A DNA stretch of 59,600 nucleotides, the filler included, from Stramenopiles sp. TOSAG23-2 (Eukaryota): assembly GCA_900128395.1 (NCBI GenBank). It is 3 parts of 3 records of this genome, joined end to end, with 100 filler letters (N's around TTAATTAATTAA, not from the genome) between each part and the next. Parts side by side here need not be neighbours in the genome. Positions count along the whole stretch, not along the records: positions 19,956 to 39,751 come from LT649574.1; 2 more parts are not named here. One strand, written 5' to 3'. Shown one piece after another: positions 19,956 through 31,382 of this stretch. Each line of letters opens with the position of its first letter. Position 1 is the stretch's first letter. Made by a program: the position numbers and the translations under genes. A model generated the notes under the pieces. That model worked only from the letters and a program-made list of their open reading frames with translations, searched no databases and was not told where the DNA came from.

Positions 19956-22604
19956 TATCATAGCAATTCCAACACAAACCCACGTGATCTCCCATTTGGC
20001 ACGTTTTTGAACGGAGTTGTATACATGCTAACTGAAGGATTATTAGATTTAGTTGTCATAATACCTGTATATTCATACTTATACCAACATGGATATGATA
20101 CGGAATGGATTGAAACAAAACCGTGCCAAATGGGAGATCACGTGGGTTTGTGTTGGAATTGCTATGATATGGAGTTTGATTTATGTCCTGATATATTGTC
20201 CCATCCGTTGCGATCATTACGATATGGAATATTATTAAATTTTATTAAAAATTTAAGATTATTGAAAATATTTTTGATGTTTCATCCAGATCGTTTGATG
20301 GGTGTACTAAACGGTTCAACTAGATTTTTAAAAGCAGAACCGTTTGTTGTATATATTATATCATTTATGGCACAATTTTTATGTATCGTTTTTTTATTTG
20401 CAAGTTTGTTTTACCTAGTAGACATACAATGGTATCCATTTTCTCACAAGGGTGAAATTCGCACGACTCCTAATGATAATCCTATAGCATTTGGAGATTG
20501 TATTTACTTCATTTTGGTCACATTGGGTACCATTGGGTATGGGGATATATCGCCGATGTCAACAGGCGGGTATGCAGTAGTTGTTTGTGTCATAATCTTA
20601 TGCTTATGTTATGTGCCAAATCAAGTTACGAAAACCGTGGATATATATCAAAGAGGTATGGCTGCGCAATTGCATGCATTTAAAACAAAGCAACATTCTT
20701 CTCACACGATTATTATAGGCCCTATATCACCGTTACGCATTGAAACATTTGCACGCGAATTTTTCCATGATGATCGATACGATGACTCAAAAAATGTGAT
20801 TAACAATATAAGTGATTTAATCGTTTTTAGTCCAGACGAAAAAGACGCTAATATGAGTAGAATTTTAATCGATCCATATTATTGGTCTAGATTGCATTAT
20901 GTCCGTGGTAGTATCAATTCCAGACAAGATTTACGTCGTGCAGGCTTCTTTCATAAAAATTGCCATTCTTGTTTGATATTTACAAGCAACTCGGCGGAAG
21001 ACACTGTGACTAAATTTGTTTTATTAAAAGCATTTGCTCGAAAATTTCATACGCCAAATAAAAAATTACATATTAATGCCCAGTGCGCTTATAGGTCAGA
21101 GGCAGAACATTTAGCGCTGTACACTGATTCGCATCGGGATGTATTTGCTTGTATTACTGATATTCACAACACAATATTGGCAAATGCAACACGTACGCCT
21201 GGCTTGATAACATTTTATGAAAATATTATACATACACACTCTACAACATTGTACACTGGGTCGAAAGTTAAAGATTCTTTAAAAGGTAAAATGGCACATT
21301 ATAATGAATATTTAGAAGGTGCAACAATGGAAATTTATTTCGTTGCATTTCCAGGATCAGCTCATGAAATCCCATTTCACAATGTCGTACGATCAGTGTG
21401 TATAAATGTTGATCCAAATCATCGGCCGGTCGTTCTATTAGGGGTACATGTGTTATCGCTAGATAAAATTATATTAAATCCACCAATTGACTTTGTCATA
21501 GATGTTGAAGACATGAATGCAGTTATTATTTCATCTAGCCATGCAGAGGCAGTTGAGACATTTTCGCATTTTAAATATGAATTTTCCCCTAATGCAATTG
21601 AGAGACCAATCTTTTCCACCGATATAAATGAATTAAGCGTACAAATGCCAGGATTTGACACTGGAATCAACAAAGTTGTCATATTATTTAATGGTCACTA
21701 CTTTACTAAAGATGGATTGTGTAAACGCATATTAAATTATATATCACATTTGAAAGCTACGGATAACCATGTAAAAGTAGTGATGATAGGTGAACTTCCG
21801 TCACATTTAGAAAAAGTGTTTACGAATAATTGTTCTGAGGTAGAAATTATTATTGGCGATCCACTTTTAACTCAATGTTTAGAAAGGGGAAAGATTCATG
21901 AGGCAAAAGCAATTATGATTTTCAAGCCCGAAGATAAACATGTTGAAATAAATAATTTGTCGCGTTTTCATGGATTTATGTTGCAGACATATGAAGCAGT
22001 TCGACACCATTTGTCAGTGTATATCCCTACAGCAGATGCAAGGAAAATGCTTGATGGTGAAGATAGGGAATATGCCAGAAGTAAACATCATGAAAAGACG
22101 CCTTTTATTATTTGTGAAGCAGCAAATGAATCAACAATGATTGGTCTTGAGTACTTATCAACGGCTACGGAGACGGTTGATCATAGGAAAAAAATGTATA
22201 ACACTGGTTATGATGCGCACGAAGATGAATCTAAAACAACACATTTCACATTTTTTGCTGCTGGCCACTGTACCTCAGGTACATTTAATGACACCCTTTT
22301 TGCTCAATCATTGCTCGGTATTTCAAAGGATACAACTTATGAATTTGTGTGTGAATTAACTGGTTTCAACAAGACTGACAGTAGGAAAAGGTCATCATCG
22401 ATCGTTTTAATTAACATACCTGATACCGTGTTTGAATCGTGTGAGACGTTTTTAGATATACAACTTTATTTGTTAAATTACTATACATGCATTGGCGTAG
22501 GGTTATATAGATTTGATGATTATAATGGGACACATTACATGTATACTGCTCCAGATATAAATACCGTTTTAAGAAAAAGCGATCGAGTGTTAGTGTTAAT
22601 GTAG
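19956..22604 (+). CDS. 5'-truncated Slo/BK-type potassium channel with two RCK domains
   Basis: Frame is open from the contig start. S4-like LNFIKNLRLLKIF, pore YFILVTLGTIGYGDISP (20529), RCK motifs HTIIIG, YVRGS..DLRRAG, PGLITFYENI, IIIGDPL, FAAG, YMYTAPD. Confidence 0.9.
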   Translation, partial: YHSNSNTNPRDLPFGTFLNGVVYMLTEGLLDLVVIIPVYSYLYQHGYDTEWIETKPCQMGDHVGLCWNCYDMEFDLCPDILSHPLRSLRYGILLNFIKNLRLLKIFLMFHPDRLMGVLNGSTRFLKAEPFVVYIISFMAQFLCIVFLFASLFYLVDIQWYPFSHKGEIRTTPNDNPIAFGDCIYFILVTLGTIGYGDISPMSTGGYAVVVCVIILCLCYVPNQVTKTVDIYQRGMAAQLHAFKTKQHSSHTIIIGPISPLRIETFAREFFHDDRYDDSKNVINNISDLIVFSPDEKDANMSRILIDPYYWSRLHYVRGSINSRQDLRRAGFFHKNCHSCLIFTSNSAEDTVTKFVLLKAFARKFHTPNKKLHINAQCAYRSEAEHLALYTDSHRDVFACITDIHNTILANATRTPGLITFYENIIHTHSTTLYTGSKVKDSLKGKMAHYNEYLEGATMEIYFVAFPGSAHEIPFHNVVRSVCINVDPNHRPVVLLGVHVLSLDKIILNPPIDFVIDVEDMNAVIISSSHAEAVETFSHFKYEFSPNAIERPIFSTDINELSVQMPGFDTGINKVVILFNGHYFTKDGLCKRILNYISHLKATDNHVKVVMIGELPSHLEKVFTNNCSEVEIIIGDPLLTQCLERGKIHEAKAIMIFKPEDKHVEINNLSRFHGFMLQTYEAVRHHLSVYIPTADARKMLDGEDREYARSKHHEKTPFIICEAANESTMIGLEYLSTATETVDHRKKMYNTGYDAHEDESKTTHFTFFAAGHCTSGTFNDTLFAQSLLGISKDTTYEFVCELTGFNKTDSRKRSSSIVLINIPDTVFESCETFLDIQLYLLNYYTCIGVGLYRFDDYNGTHYMYTAPDINTVLRKSDRVLVLM

Positions 22605-22845
22605 TGTTTATAGAGAGCTGGCAAAAGAAAAGAAGGGGGAGAGAGAAAAGAGAGAGAAAATGTAATTTTTGTACAAATACGAGAAGTTCGTACACACAAC
22701 ACCCTTTTTTTAGAAATATCACACACACATCATCACATATTAATGTGTGTGTAAAATAATTTTTAATACTTCGTACACATAAAATTTAATGCATTTAAAT
22801 ACGCGCTCCTATGATACACACTGCAAATTAGGCACAAATATTCTT

Positions 22846-24702
22846 TTAATTCACCCAACTTTTATTTTTATTAAAACCATATTGATCAAAAAGATTGCAT
22901 GCATTTAATTTATACCCTCCTTCAATATTTTCAATTGGGGTATGTAACATATTAAATTGATATGATAATGAATCGACGTCATTTTTAGTCAAAAAAGTAT
23001 TCCATCTATGTATATTTCCAGTATAAAAAAATTCTTGAAATCGTCTTCGTAAAAGAGTTGTAAATGTTAAATCTTTACCACTTGCGTTATAATATGGGTT
23101 GATCCAACCAAATAATGCAAACATATCAATCGCATGAAAACTATATAATGAACAATAACCTTTCACAATTTGAAATTTAGATAATGCACAAAATGGTTTT
23201 GCAGTTTTTTGCGTGACAATATATCCATAAACATTTGATTTTAATGATTGTGACAACTTCAATAGAAGCTGGCGTGTAGAACAAATTTCAGTTGCATCGG
23301 AAATAATTGTTGCGAATAATTTTTGGGGATACCAAGGTAATTTCTTTAATAATGATTGATTAGCGAAGGATGATGAAATAAATAATTGATTATCATCATT
23401 ATTTTCTTCCATCAACCCATATACATCCAATAGTCTCTTCGTAAATATATTTGGAAAACCACCTTGATCAATAGCATTTACCATAAATTGTGAAAATTGT
23501 TGCTTTGTAAAATTTCTAGTATCATTGCCAGGGCTAAAATCTATTTCTTGTGCAGTAGCCCCAACAATTAAAGGCACATCGTTTGGTACTTTAAATTTAC
23601 CAGACCATGTTTCAGAAAAGCTACGTGGTATGGTTTTACCATCAATTAGTAACAATGGAGCATAGCGATATGATTTTAAAAATATGTTTGTCCCCCACCC
23701 GTTTTTTGGATCCCAATCATAAGGTTGTGCTTGCACCAACATCTCTGGTTTTAAATTCATTAAACAATCATATAACGTACCATTATCATACTTGCTAGTT
23801 TGCTGGTCCTTATTACTACATTGTGGTAAATTATTAAGAACTTCTAAATGCCAATAGGTTTCTGCTTCTTTTAATGTGCTATTTAATCGTGGACTCCCAG
23901 ACATACTTACAGCTCCAACGAAAAGACCATTTGCAAATGGAGATGCCATCAATGCTAATACCAACGTTCCACCCGATGATTGCCCGTAAATTGTTACTTT
24001 TGTAGGATCTCCGCCAAATGATTTAATGTTCATCTGAACCCAATGAAGGGCTTCGATTATGTCCAACAATCCATAATTTCCAGAAATGCCGCGTGGATCA
24101 TTTGCACTAAGCGTTTTCAGGGACAAAAAGCCTAAGACACCTAAACGATAATTGCAAGCAACAGAAACTACTTTCATTGAATTAACTATATTGTTTTCTC
24201 TGCCAAATGCAGCTTGTGCTCCTACAGCACTACCTTCTACCAGCGAGCCACCGTGTAAATAAAATGCTACCGGTAAAAGTTGTTGCTGATACGGCTCTTT
24301 CAACGACGACGATTTTGTTGAATTGCCATTACGAGGGGCCCAAACATGAAGATGCAAACAGTTTTCTGAATATTTACCATTGCCTTTATGTTGATAACAT
24401 GCAGGTCCAGGATCATCCGCTTCAAAAGTGCCATTCCAACATGTTTCATTAATTTTAAGTTGCGTCGGTGGTTTCCATCTTTTAGCAGTAGTATATGGAA
24501 TTCCATAAAAAGCTCGAACAACATTTCCATCACTATTATTTTCAAACATGCCTTTTATCAAACCGCATGGAAATGTGGAAATGCTTAATTCATCTGTGCT
24601 ATTATATTTATATATTTCTGGAATAGCTTGCGTTGTTATTAATAATATGACTGATGATGCATATATTGTAACAAATTGCACTATCTTTATATGTAAATTC
24701 AT
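22846..24702 (-). CDS. Secreted type-B carboxylesterase (alpha/beta hydrolase)
   Basis: Signal peptide, FYGIPY, SENCLHLHVWAP, HGGS, NYRLGVLGFL, GNYGLLD, FGGDP, GQSSG nucleophile, FHAID (His). Confidence 0.93.
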   Translation of the reverse strand: MNLHIKIVQFVTIYASSVILLITTQAIPEIYKYNSTDELSISTFPCGLIKGMFENNSDGNVVRAFYGIPYTTAKRWKPPTQLKINETCWNGTFEADDPGPACYQHKGNGKYSENCLHLHVWAPRNGNSTKSSSLKEPYQQQLLPVAFYLHGGSLVEGSAVGAQAAFGRENNIVNSMKVVSVACNYRLGVLGFLSLKTLSANDPRGISGNYGLLDIIEALHWVQMNIKSFGGDPTKVTIYGQSSGGTLVLALMASPFANGLFVGAVSMSGSPRLNSTLKEAETYWHLEVLNNLPQCSNKDQQTSKYDNGTLYDCLMNLKPEMLVQAQPYDWDPKNGWGTNIFLKSYRYAPLLLIDGKTIPRSFSETWSGKFKVPNDVPLIVGATAQEIDFSPGNDTRNFTKQQFSQFMVNAIDQGGFPNIFTKRLLDVYGLMEENNDDNQLFISSSFANQSLLKKLPWYPQKLFATIISDATEICSTRQLLLKLSQSLKSNVYGYIVTQKTAKPFCALSKFQIVKGYCSLYSFHAIDMFALFGWINPYYNASGKDLTFTTLLRRRFQEFFYTGNIHRWNTFLTKNDVDSLSYQFNMLHTPIENIEGGYKLNACNLFDQYGFNKNKSWVN

Positions 24703-25766
24703 TATTATTTTTTCTAAAAAATATATAACATTGTTACTTTTTATTATTTAAAGTATTTATCAATAATTAATTGCGCTAGTATCACCAACTAACATGAAAG
24801 TATATTTTTTTGATATATATATACACGCTTTGTTGAAATAGAAGAAAGCCTGGAAAGCTACCTGGTATGTCTATAACAGTTAAACAGACATAATAAGGAC
24901 ACTGGTACTGGAGAAACCTAAAAAGTCTATAGGACCTAGATTAGGAGAAACCCAACCAAAAAGTATTACTACTACCTGGGTATTAATAGTAATAGTAATA
25001 GGGGGGCATTACCTGGTACTGTACCAGGTATTGTTTTCGGACGGAAGACGGAAGCCAGAAAGCTAAAGCACAGCCCAGCTTTTTTTATAATACCTGTACC
25101 TGGTAGTTATAGTTGAGCTAGCAATAGTATAATAATAATATCAACAACTGTAGTAACAACAACTTATAAACTGTTACAAACTAATATGAACTGAGTATAC
25201 GAGTTACAAGAATACAGAAAGCATCACCTTTCAATAAATGAACAAAAAGGAATAATTATATTATAACATGTATTGAAAAAAGATGCCAACAGAGGAAAAT
25301 AAATCAACAACCAGTAATAGTAACAATAATAACAATACTTCTTCTTCTAGCAATAAATGGTCACATAAAGTGACACCAATAGGAGATGAAAATGGAAAAG
25401 CTAAAAAAATAATATATCTCGCTTGTGTTTTTCAATTTTTTTTTATTAATAATTATACTCGTAGTTTATAATTTACGCACTGATTTTTAATTTTATAAAT
25501 ATTTACTCATGATAATTCTTACTCTTCAAAAGTATATCATAATAATACTCGTAACAAATAAGAGTCCTGATATACACACATATATGGCACTCCCGTATAT
25601 TGTGAGAACGGGTCATAAAAAAGAATACTCGTAGTATCAGCCAAGCCATGTATATATATATGTGTGTTTTTCTCTTACTCATATGTTATGTATATATTAA
25701 TATGTGTCTCAAATCTCTCACTATGTTTCACCACATCTCCACACGCACGCGCACATATTTTTTTAA

Positions 25767-26648
25767 TCAATCCTCATTACCATCTCGATCTGCCTCTTTT
25801 AAAAACTCACACAATGCACGATATGCAGTTGAGATACGAATCCATTTTGCATTTCTTAAACGTATTACAGTTTCATTAACATCTTTAATTTTATATTTAT
25901 CAGGATGTACTGTTAATGCTAATTTACGAAATGCTTTTTTTACTTGTTTCAAACTAGCCATGGTTTTTAAGCCTAATTCTTTATAATGATTTTTAATCAT
26001 TTGTATCATTTTTTTACCACCACCAATACTACTTTGACTTCCAATTCTATCATGATATGGTACCTTCGCACGTGGCATTTGACTGTTTGATTGTGGCAAT
26101 ACACCAGTTTTGATCTCTTCATCCATTTTCTTTTTCGCAGCACCAAATAATTTTTCTTGTTCTGATTCTAAATTACCATATCCTCGATATCCATATTTTT
26201 TCAAAAGTGATGGATCCGTTTGTTTATTATTATATTTTGTACGTTTTGATGGTGCTGGTATATATGGTTTTGGGTTACTTTGTCTATTTTTAATTACATT
26301 ATTATGAAAACGTCGTTTAAATATTGGACGTTTTGGAATTATATTTACATTTTTTCTAGAAGTATTAGTTTTAGTATTAGTGCTACATGAAGAGGACGAA
26401 GACGATGATAAGTCAATTGTTGTTGGTACTAGACTGCTTTTTTTACGTTTTTTACGTTTCACCTTGGATGGTTGTGGACAAATATTATTGTTGTTGTTAT
26501 TATTATTATCTACAAGGTTTCGTTGAAATAAAAATTCGACTTCATCTTCATCATCATCTTCCGTTTCTTCCTCATCACTACTACTTAATAAATATACAAC
26601 AACACGTTTTTTTTTTTTCGAATTTTTGTTTCCTTCTCTATGCTCCAT
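25767..26648 (-). CDS. Class C J-domain protein with a C-terminal J domain and a low-complexity N-terminus containing NLS-like basic tracts
   Basis: NHYKELGL...VKKAFRKLALTVHPDK...ISTAYRAL; KVKRKKRKK. Confidence 0.85.
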   Translation of the reverse strand: MEHREGNKNSKKKKRVVVYLLSSSDEEETEDDDEDEVEFLFQRNLVDNNNNNNNNICPQPSKVKRKKRKKSSLVPTTIDLSSSSSSSCSTNTKTNTSRKNVNIIPKRPIFKRRFHNNVIKNRQSNPKPYIPAPSKRTKYNNKQTDPSLLKKYGYRGYGNLESEQEKLFGAAKKKMDEEIKTGVLPQSNSQMPRAKVPYHDRIGSQSSIGGGKKMIQMIKNHYKELGLKTMASLKQVKKAFRKLALTVHPDKYKIKDVNETVIRLRNAKWIRISTAYRALCEFLKEADRDGNED

Positions 26649-27238
26649 TTCATTCCCATCTATGGTATTGTCAATTGTTTATATGTACATATATATATAT
26701 ATATATCACATCTCTCTAATTTTCGTCTGTAGCTATATCTCTATATATTTTAATTAGTTTTTACATTACAAAAAAAAAAATTTAATTAATAAAAACAACA
26801 ACAACAACTGCACAACTGCACAACTGGTTGTTTTTAGAAGAAGAAGCCCAATATGTCCCCTATAATAATAGCCCAAAGTGGACCGGTGCTTGGGGATGAT
26901 TTTTTTCTACGATAGGCATAGTATTACATGTTTCCAATAAGTATAAATATTAGTATGCTAATAAAGGGTCATTTTACTATCTAATATTTGAGTACAAAGT
27001 ATTCGTATATTATTAAAGGGAAATGTGCCTATCACATGTGCCAAAAAATCATTTTTTATTATTCATTAGACTACCGCGATTTTTTTTTTTTTATAATAAA
27101 ATGAATTAGGTACATTGATTCCATTATCCCTGTTCTGTTTAAAACGGAAAGGCTAAAACAATTAGGTTCCTTTTGGAAAAACTTCACAGAAATTTTCTCT
27201 TCGCTGTCAGGATAACAGTTGTGATTTTTCTTTGTACT

Positions 27239-28348
27239 ATGTTGCTGTATCTTCTTTCTTTGGTGTGCGCACTCCCTATTGCCTTTGGTCACCCAGCCTT
27301 TGATGGTGTCATACGTCCAGAAGGAGACGGATCATTCAGTGCGTACATGATTCCTCCGTATGCATCGAATCATGCATCGACAATTGAAGTTTTGCCAGAC
27401 GGACGACTGGCAGCTGCATGGTTTTCGGGAAAGGCTGAAGAAGCCTCGGGCTGTGCTATCGTGTTTTCTAGGCTGAATGGTACTAGTTGGACCACGGCTG
27501 CAACGCTCTCGAAAAGAGACGGGTATTCGAACCAAAACCCTGTGTTATTTTATGACAAAGTTCAGAAACGACTGCACTTATTTCATTCCCAAGCAGCAGC
27601 ATCCAGCGGAGAATCTATGGCGCAAATATGGCATTTACAAAGTGATGATCTTGGTGACACTTGGACAAAACCTAAAGCTTGGTTAACTGTTCCTGGAGCC
27701 TTCTCGCGTAATCGTATAATTCCTTCGGGCGATGGGGGAGTAATGTTTCCGTTCTACAATGCCAGCAATGCAAATACGAAATTCAACAATCAGAATTACG
27801 CTATCTTTGGCTTTTCAGGACCAGATAGAAATATTGGTTCGACTGAAGGATGGAATTTCATGCCTTTGGCGGGAAGTCAATATTTGGTCCAACCATCGAC
27901 GGTTCACTTGAGTGATTCATGGTTAACCTTGTTTCGAGACAGGCGTTCAAAGAACATTTATGCATCCAGTGCAAAAGTTCTTATGTCAAATGATTGGAGC
28001 GATCCAAGCCCAACGCAGTTACTAAACAATAATGCTGGCATCGAAGCAAACACGTTGATATCTGGTGACATAGTACTGGTTTTCAACCCAACAACACACT
28101 GGCGCGATCCTTTGGCCATTGCTATTTCAAAAGATAATGGAAAATCTTGGACTTGTCAACGCAATCTTCAGCACGGGGTGTCAGAAAAAAATCTCGAGGG
28201 GAAAAATAAGGGACCCTATGAATTTAGTTATCCTACTGTTCTGCAGACTAGCGATGGCAACATCCATGTCATGTATACCTATCTTCGGGAGACCATCAAG
28301 TACAAAAGGGTAACAGAGGAGTGGATTTGTAATGGTCAACGTGTATGA
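27239..28348 (+). CDS. Secreted BNR/Asp-box sialidase-like beta-propeller (exo-alpha-sialidase / BNR_2 family)
   Basis: ATG at 27239 followed by a signal peptide. HASTIEVLPDG.LAAAWFSG..E, QNPVLF, Asp-boxes SDDLGDTW and SKDNGKSW, FSYP, HVMYT. Confidence 0.87.
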   Translation: MLLYLLSLVCALPIAFGHPAFDGVIRPEGDGSFSAYMIPPYASNHASTIEVLPDGRLAAAWFSGKAEEASGCAIVFSRLNGTSWTTAATLSKRDGYSNQNPVLFYDKVQKRLHLFHSQAAASSGESMAQIWHLQSDDLGDTWTKPKAWLTVPGAFSRNRIIPSGDGGVMFPFYNASNANTKFNNQNYAIFGFSGPDRNIGSTEGWNFMPLAGSQYLVQPSTVHLSDSWLTLFRDRRSKNIYASSAKVLMSNDWSDPSPTQLLNNNAGIEANTLISGDIVLVFNPTTHWRDPLAIAISKDNGKSWTCQRNLQHGVSEKNLEGKNKGPYEFSYPTVLQTSDGNIHVMYTYLRETIKYKRVTEEWICNGQRV

Positions 28349-28987
28349 CCTGATTTCTGAATTGAAAGACAATAAAAAATATTAAATCAGAAACGCTTTA
28401 TTACTATTGCAAAAAATTAGGGTAAAATATATAATTATAGAGTCGTCCTAACATGTGGTTTCGAGAAAGAGTCTGACGACGCAGACTAAATAATTAAAAT
28501 AAACGTGGTTTTTGTTTTTTTTGTTTTTTTAGAAAACCTTAAACGTAAAAAACCGCTGTGCAATTCTAATTCGCTGCCAATTATTCTCCTATCAAATGAC
28601 CAATAATTTATAGTACAAGTACAGTACTTGGATTTTATCCAGCCTCATCAAGATGGCTTTTCTGTTGTGCCTCTTTTATATTTTGTGCTATTTTCTTCTG
28701 GCTGCTATAAAAAAAAAATATTTGAATTTTGGCTTCTTCTCTTCTTTGTTAAAAAATATTTACTTGAATTTACGAATGAGAATCAAAAGGTATATATATT
28801 ATATACATATCACGGAAATAGATAAAATTAGATTTATTTTTTAAAAAGAAAGAACAGATATTATATTATATTTGAATTCAGTGTGTTTGTGTGTGTGTGT
28901 GTGTGTGTGGAAACATATATAAATTGATTCTTCTATTTTTTTACGTATATATTATTGAAAACAAACATTAAAAAAAAAACACAAAAA

Positions 28988-29617
28988 ATGTCGTCAGTAG
29001 CAACAGCAACGGCAAATGAGATCACGTTACGCGGTTCTACACAAATAGTAACTGAATTTTTTGGTTACAGCATAAATAGTATATTATATCAACGTGGTAT
29101 TTATCCACCTGAAACATTCTCAAGATCACAAAAATATGGCTTGACTATGATGGTCACATCTTCTCCAGCATTACAAGATTATTTAAACAAAATTTTAGGT
29201 CAATTGTCTGAGTGGTTAATAGGTGGACAAGTGCAAAAAATAGTCCTTGCAATTTCAAGTGTCGAAACAAAAGAAACATTGGAACGTTGGACATTTAATG
29301 TCGAAACTGATCAAGATAGTTTAAGCACTGGTAAAACGCAAGAGAAATCAGAGAAAGTGATCATGGGTGAAATACAAGCTATCATACGCCAAATTACAGC
29401 AAGTGTATCGTTTTTACCATTGCTTCAAGAGAATTGTACTTTTGATATGTTAATATATACAAATAACGATGCACAAATACCAAATACATGGGAAGAAACT
29501 GATGCAAAATTTATTGCTAATCAACAAGACGTACGTCTTCGTTCATTTACTACTAAAGTTCATAAAGTTGATGCTATGGTATCATACAAAGGTGATGATG
29601 GTGATGATGAGATTTAA
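28988..29617 (+). CDS. MAD2: Spindle assembly checkpoint HORMA protein Mad2
   Basis: ITLRGSTQIVTEFFGYSINSILYQRGIYPPETF, LERWTF, IIRQITASVSFLP, VRLRSFTTKVHKVD. First ATG at 28988. Confidence 0.97.
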   Translation: MSSVATATANEITLRGSTQIVTEFFGYSINSILYQRGIYPPETFSRSQKYGLTMMVTSSPALQDYLNKILGQLSEWLIGGQVQKIVLAISSVETKETLERWTFNVETDQDSLSTGKTQEKSEKVIMGEIQAIIRQITASVSFLPLLQENCTFDMLIYTNNDAQIPNTWEETDAKFIANQQDVRLRSFTTKVHKVDAMVSYKGDDGDDEI

Positions 29618-30008
29618 AATGTATGTGTTGTTGTTTCCTTTTTGTGAAAAGTTTTTATCGACACATTATTTATAAGAATCTGCAGAGAGTATAAATAATA
29701 TGATTTTACAATTATACACATTATCAACAAAAATACATATCATATAGAAAAAGAGACAGCTCTGATTTGTCTATCCAAGATTAGTAATGAAAAAAAATTA
29801 AAAAAGGAGGACTTTTGTGGTGCGTGTGTGTGTGTACGTGACATTTTAAAAATCTAGATATCATAGAGAATAACATTTATCCTATGAGATATATTAAAAT
29901 ATCGTATCACACATCAAAATCATCACACACACACACATTGTTTCTTTCTTCTCCTCCTCGGTATTATTGAAATTATATTACAGTATCGTATAGACGTATT
30001 TTCTCTGT

Positions 30009-31070
30009 TCATTTTCTTAATGAAATTTTTCGCTTTTTAATTGGTTGTTCAGAATAAACTTTGCTTTCCATATCTGCCGTAGACTGTTCCGATACTTCTT
30101 CATCATCATCTGCGGAGCTATCTTTTCCATCCTTAGCAGTGGATTCAGGGGACGACGCAACACCGGATATTGCAGCCAATCGTTCTAATTTTTCACGATC
30201 AGCTGTACTTAAACGCGCGCGTGGGTGATTGCCCGTATTGTTTTTCTTCCTAAATTCATGATGAATCTTCGCTGAATTACTAACTTTCATATCGCCATTA
30301 AAAACATCATTTGACACTTTTTGTTTTAAATTTTCCTCTTGACTTCGACCATTTATTTGACCAGAAAGATTAAGTAAGACAGCGAAGGATTTTTCTACAA
30401 TTTTTATCGCGTCCTTTAAACGTGAATACGTTACAAATGAACATGGATTGACATTTTTACGTAAATATTTTTCTTGTGTTGAAAATGGAGAGTTTTTATC
30501 ATGTTTTTTTAAAATTTTAGCAAACCCACCATAATTCATAACAGCATAATTCTCCAACATCATTAAATCAACATATAGAACTTTGAAGGAATCCATCAAA
30601 TGGGACAACGGAATAGGGTCTTTATAATTACTTGAATCTGACATGGATTTCTTTATCGTCTCTGCTAATTTGACAGCGGCGTCCAATTCTTCTTTTAATT
30701 TTTTCGTACGCAATAGTACTAGCCGCTCTTCACTATCGTAGAAATGCACGATAGCATCTAAATTTTTTTTCAATTCTTCAAAAAAAATACGTTCCACTTC
30801 TCTTTCCTTAATGCGCATTGGTGTAATGCTGCGATTTGAATCAAATGATTTGGACGGGGTAACAGGATTTTTTACATTTGCAGAGGCATTGCCATGGGTA
30901 CTATCGTTATCATTATTGGATACCATATTACGCCCACGTGCTTCTGGTCCACCTGTCTCTACTGCTATATCTGCAATTAATTTCTTTAACCTAGTATAAT
31001 CCATCCATTTATCGATCCACGATGACTTTGACAATCTTGCGGCACGTAACAGTAACTTTCCATACTTCAT
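30009..31070 (-). CDS. Stand-alone SPX-domain protein (inositol pyrophosphate / phosphate sensing)
   Basis: MKYGKLL, WMDYTRLKKLI, FFEEL...FY, LENYAVMNYGGFAKILKKHDK. Confidence 0.92.
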   Translation of the reverse strand: MKYGKLLLRAARLSKSSWIDKWMDYTRLKKLIADIAVETGGPEARGRNMVSNNDNDSTHGNASANVKNPVTPSKSFDSNRSITPMRIKEREVERIFFEELKKNLDAIVHFYDSEERLVLLRTKKLKEELDAAVKLAETIKKSMSDSSNYKDPIPLSHLMDSFKVLYVDLMMLENYAVMNYGGFAKILKKHDKNSPFSTQEKYLRKNVNPCSFVTYSRLKDAIKIVEKSFAVLLNLSGQINGRSQEENLKQKVSNDVFNGDMKVSNSAKIHHEFRKKNNTGNHPRARLSTADREKLERLAAISGVASSPESTAKDGKDSSADDDEEVSEQSTADMESKVYSEQPIKKRKISLRK

Positions 31071-31382
31071 CTTATTAATTTTGTCTTTTTCACAGTAGGA
31101 ATTCTACGCTACGGGAGATAATAATTATTATAAACTAAACTTTGTTTGTTTTCTTTTTTCTTATCTTTATGTACATCATTCTTTATTTCATAGATATATG
31201 ATTTTTTTTAGTTTGCTTTGCGTATATATAGCACTATTTATTATTAGAGCGGTGTGTGTGATGTGCGCACACTAACACGGTGGGCAAAGATTCATTTTCT
31301 ATGTACGAATATATGTACTTATAGTGATAGGAAACATTCTTCAAAACTCAGCAGCCAGCAGCATCAGCAGGAGCGCAGGCCC

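Noticed and set aside
25283-25471. Short Asn-rich ORF MPTEENK...
   Set aside because: It looks like a plausible protein start but degrades into AT-rich sequence with no convincing splice donor or downstream exon.
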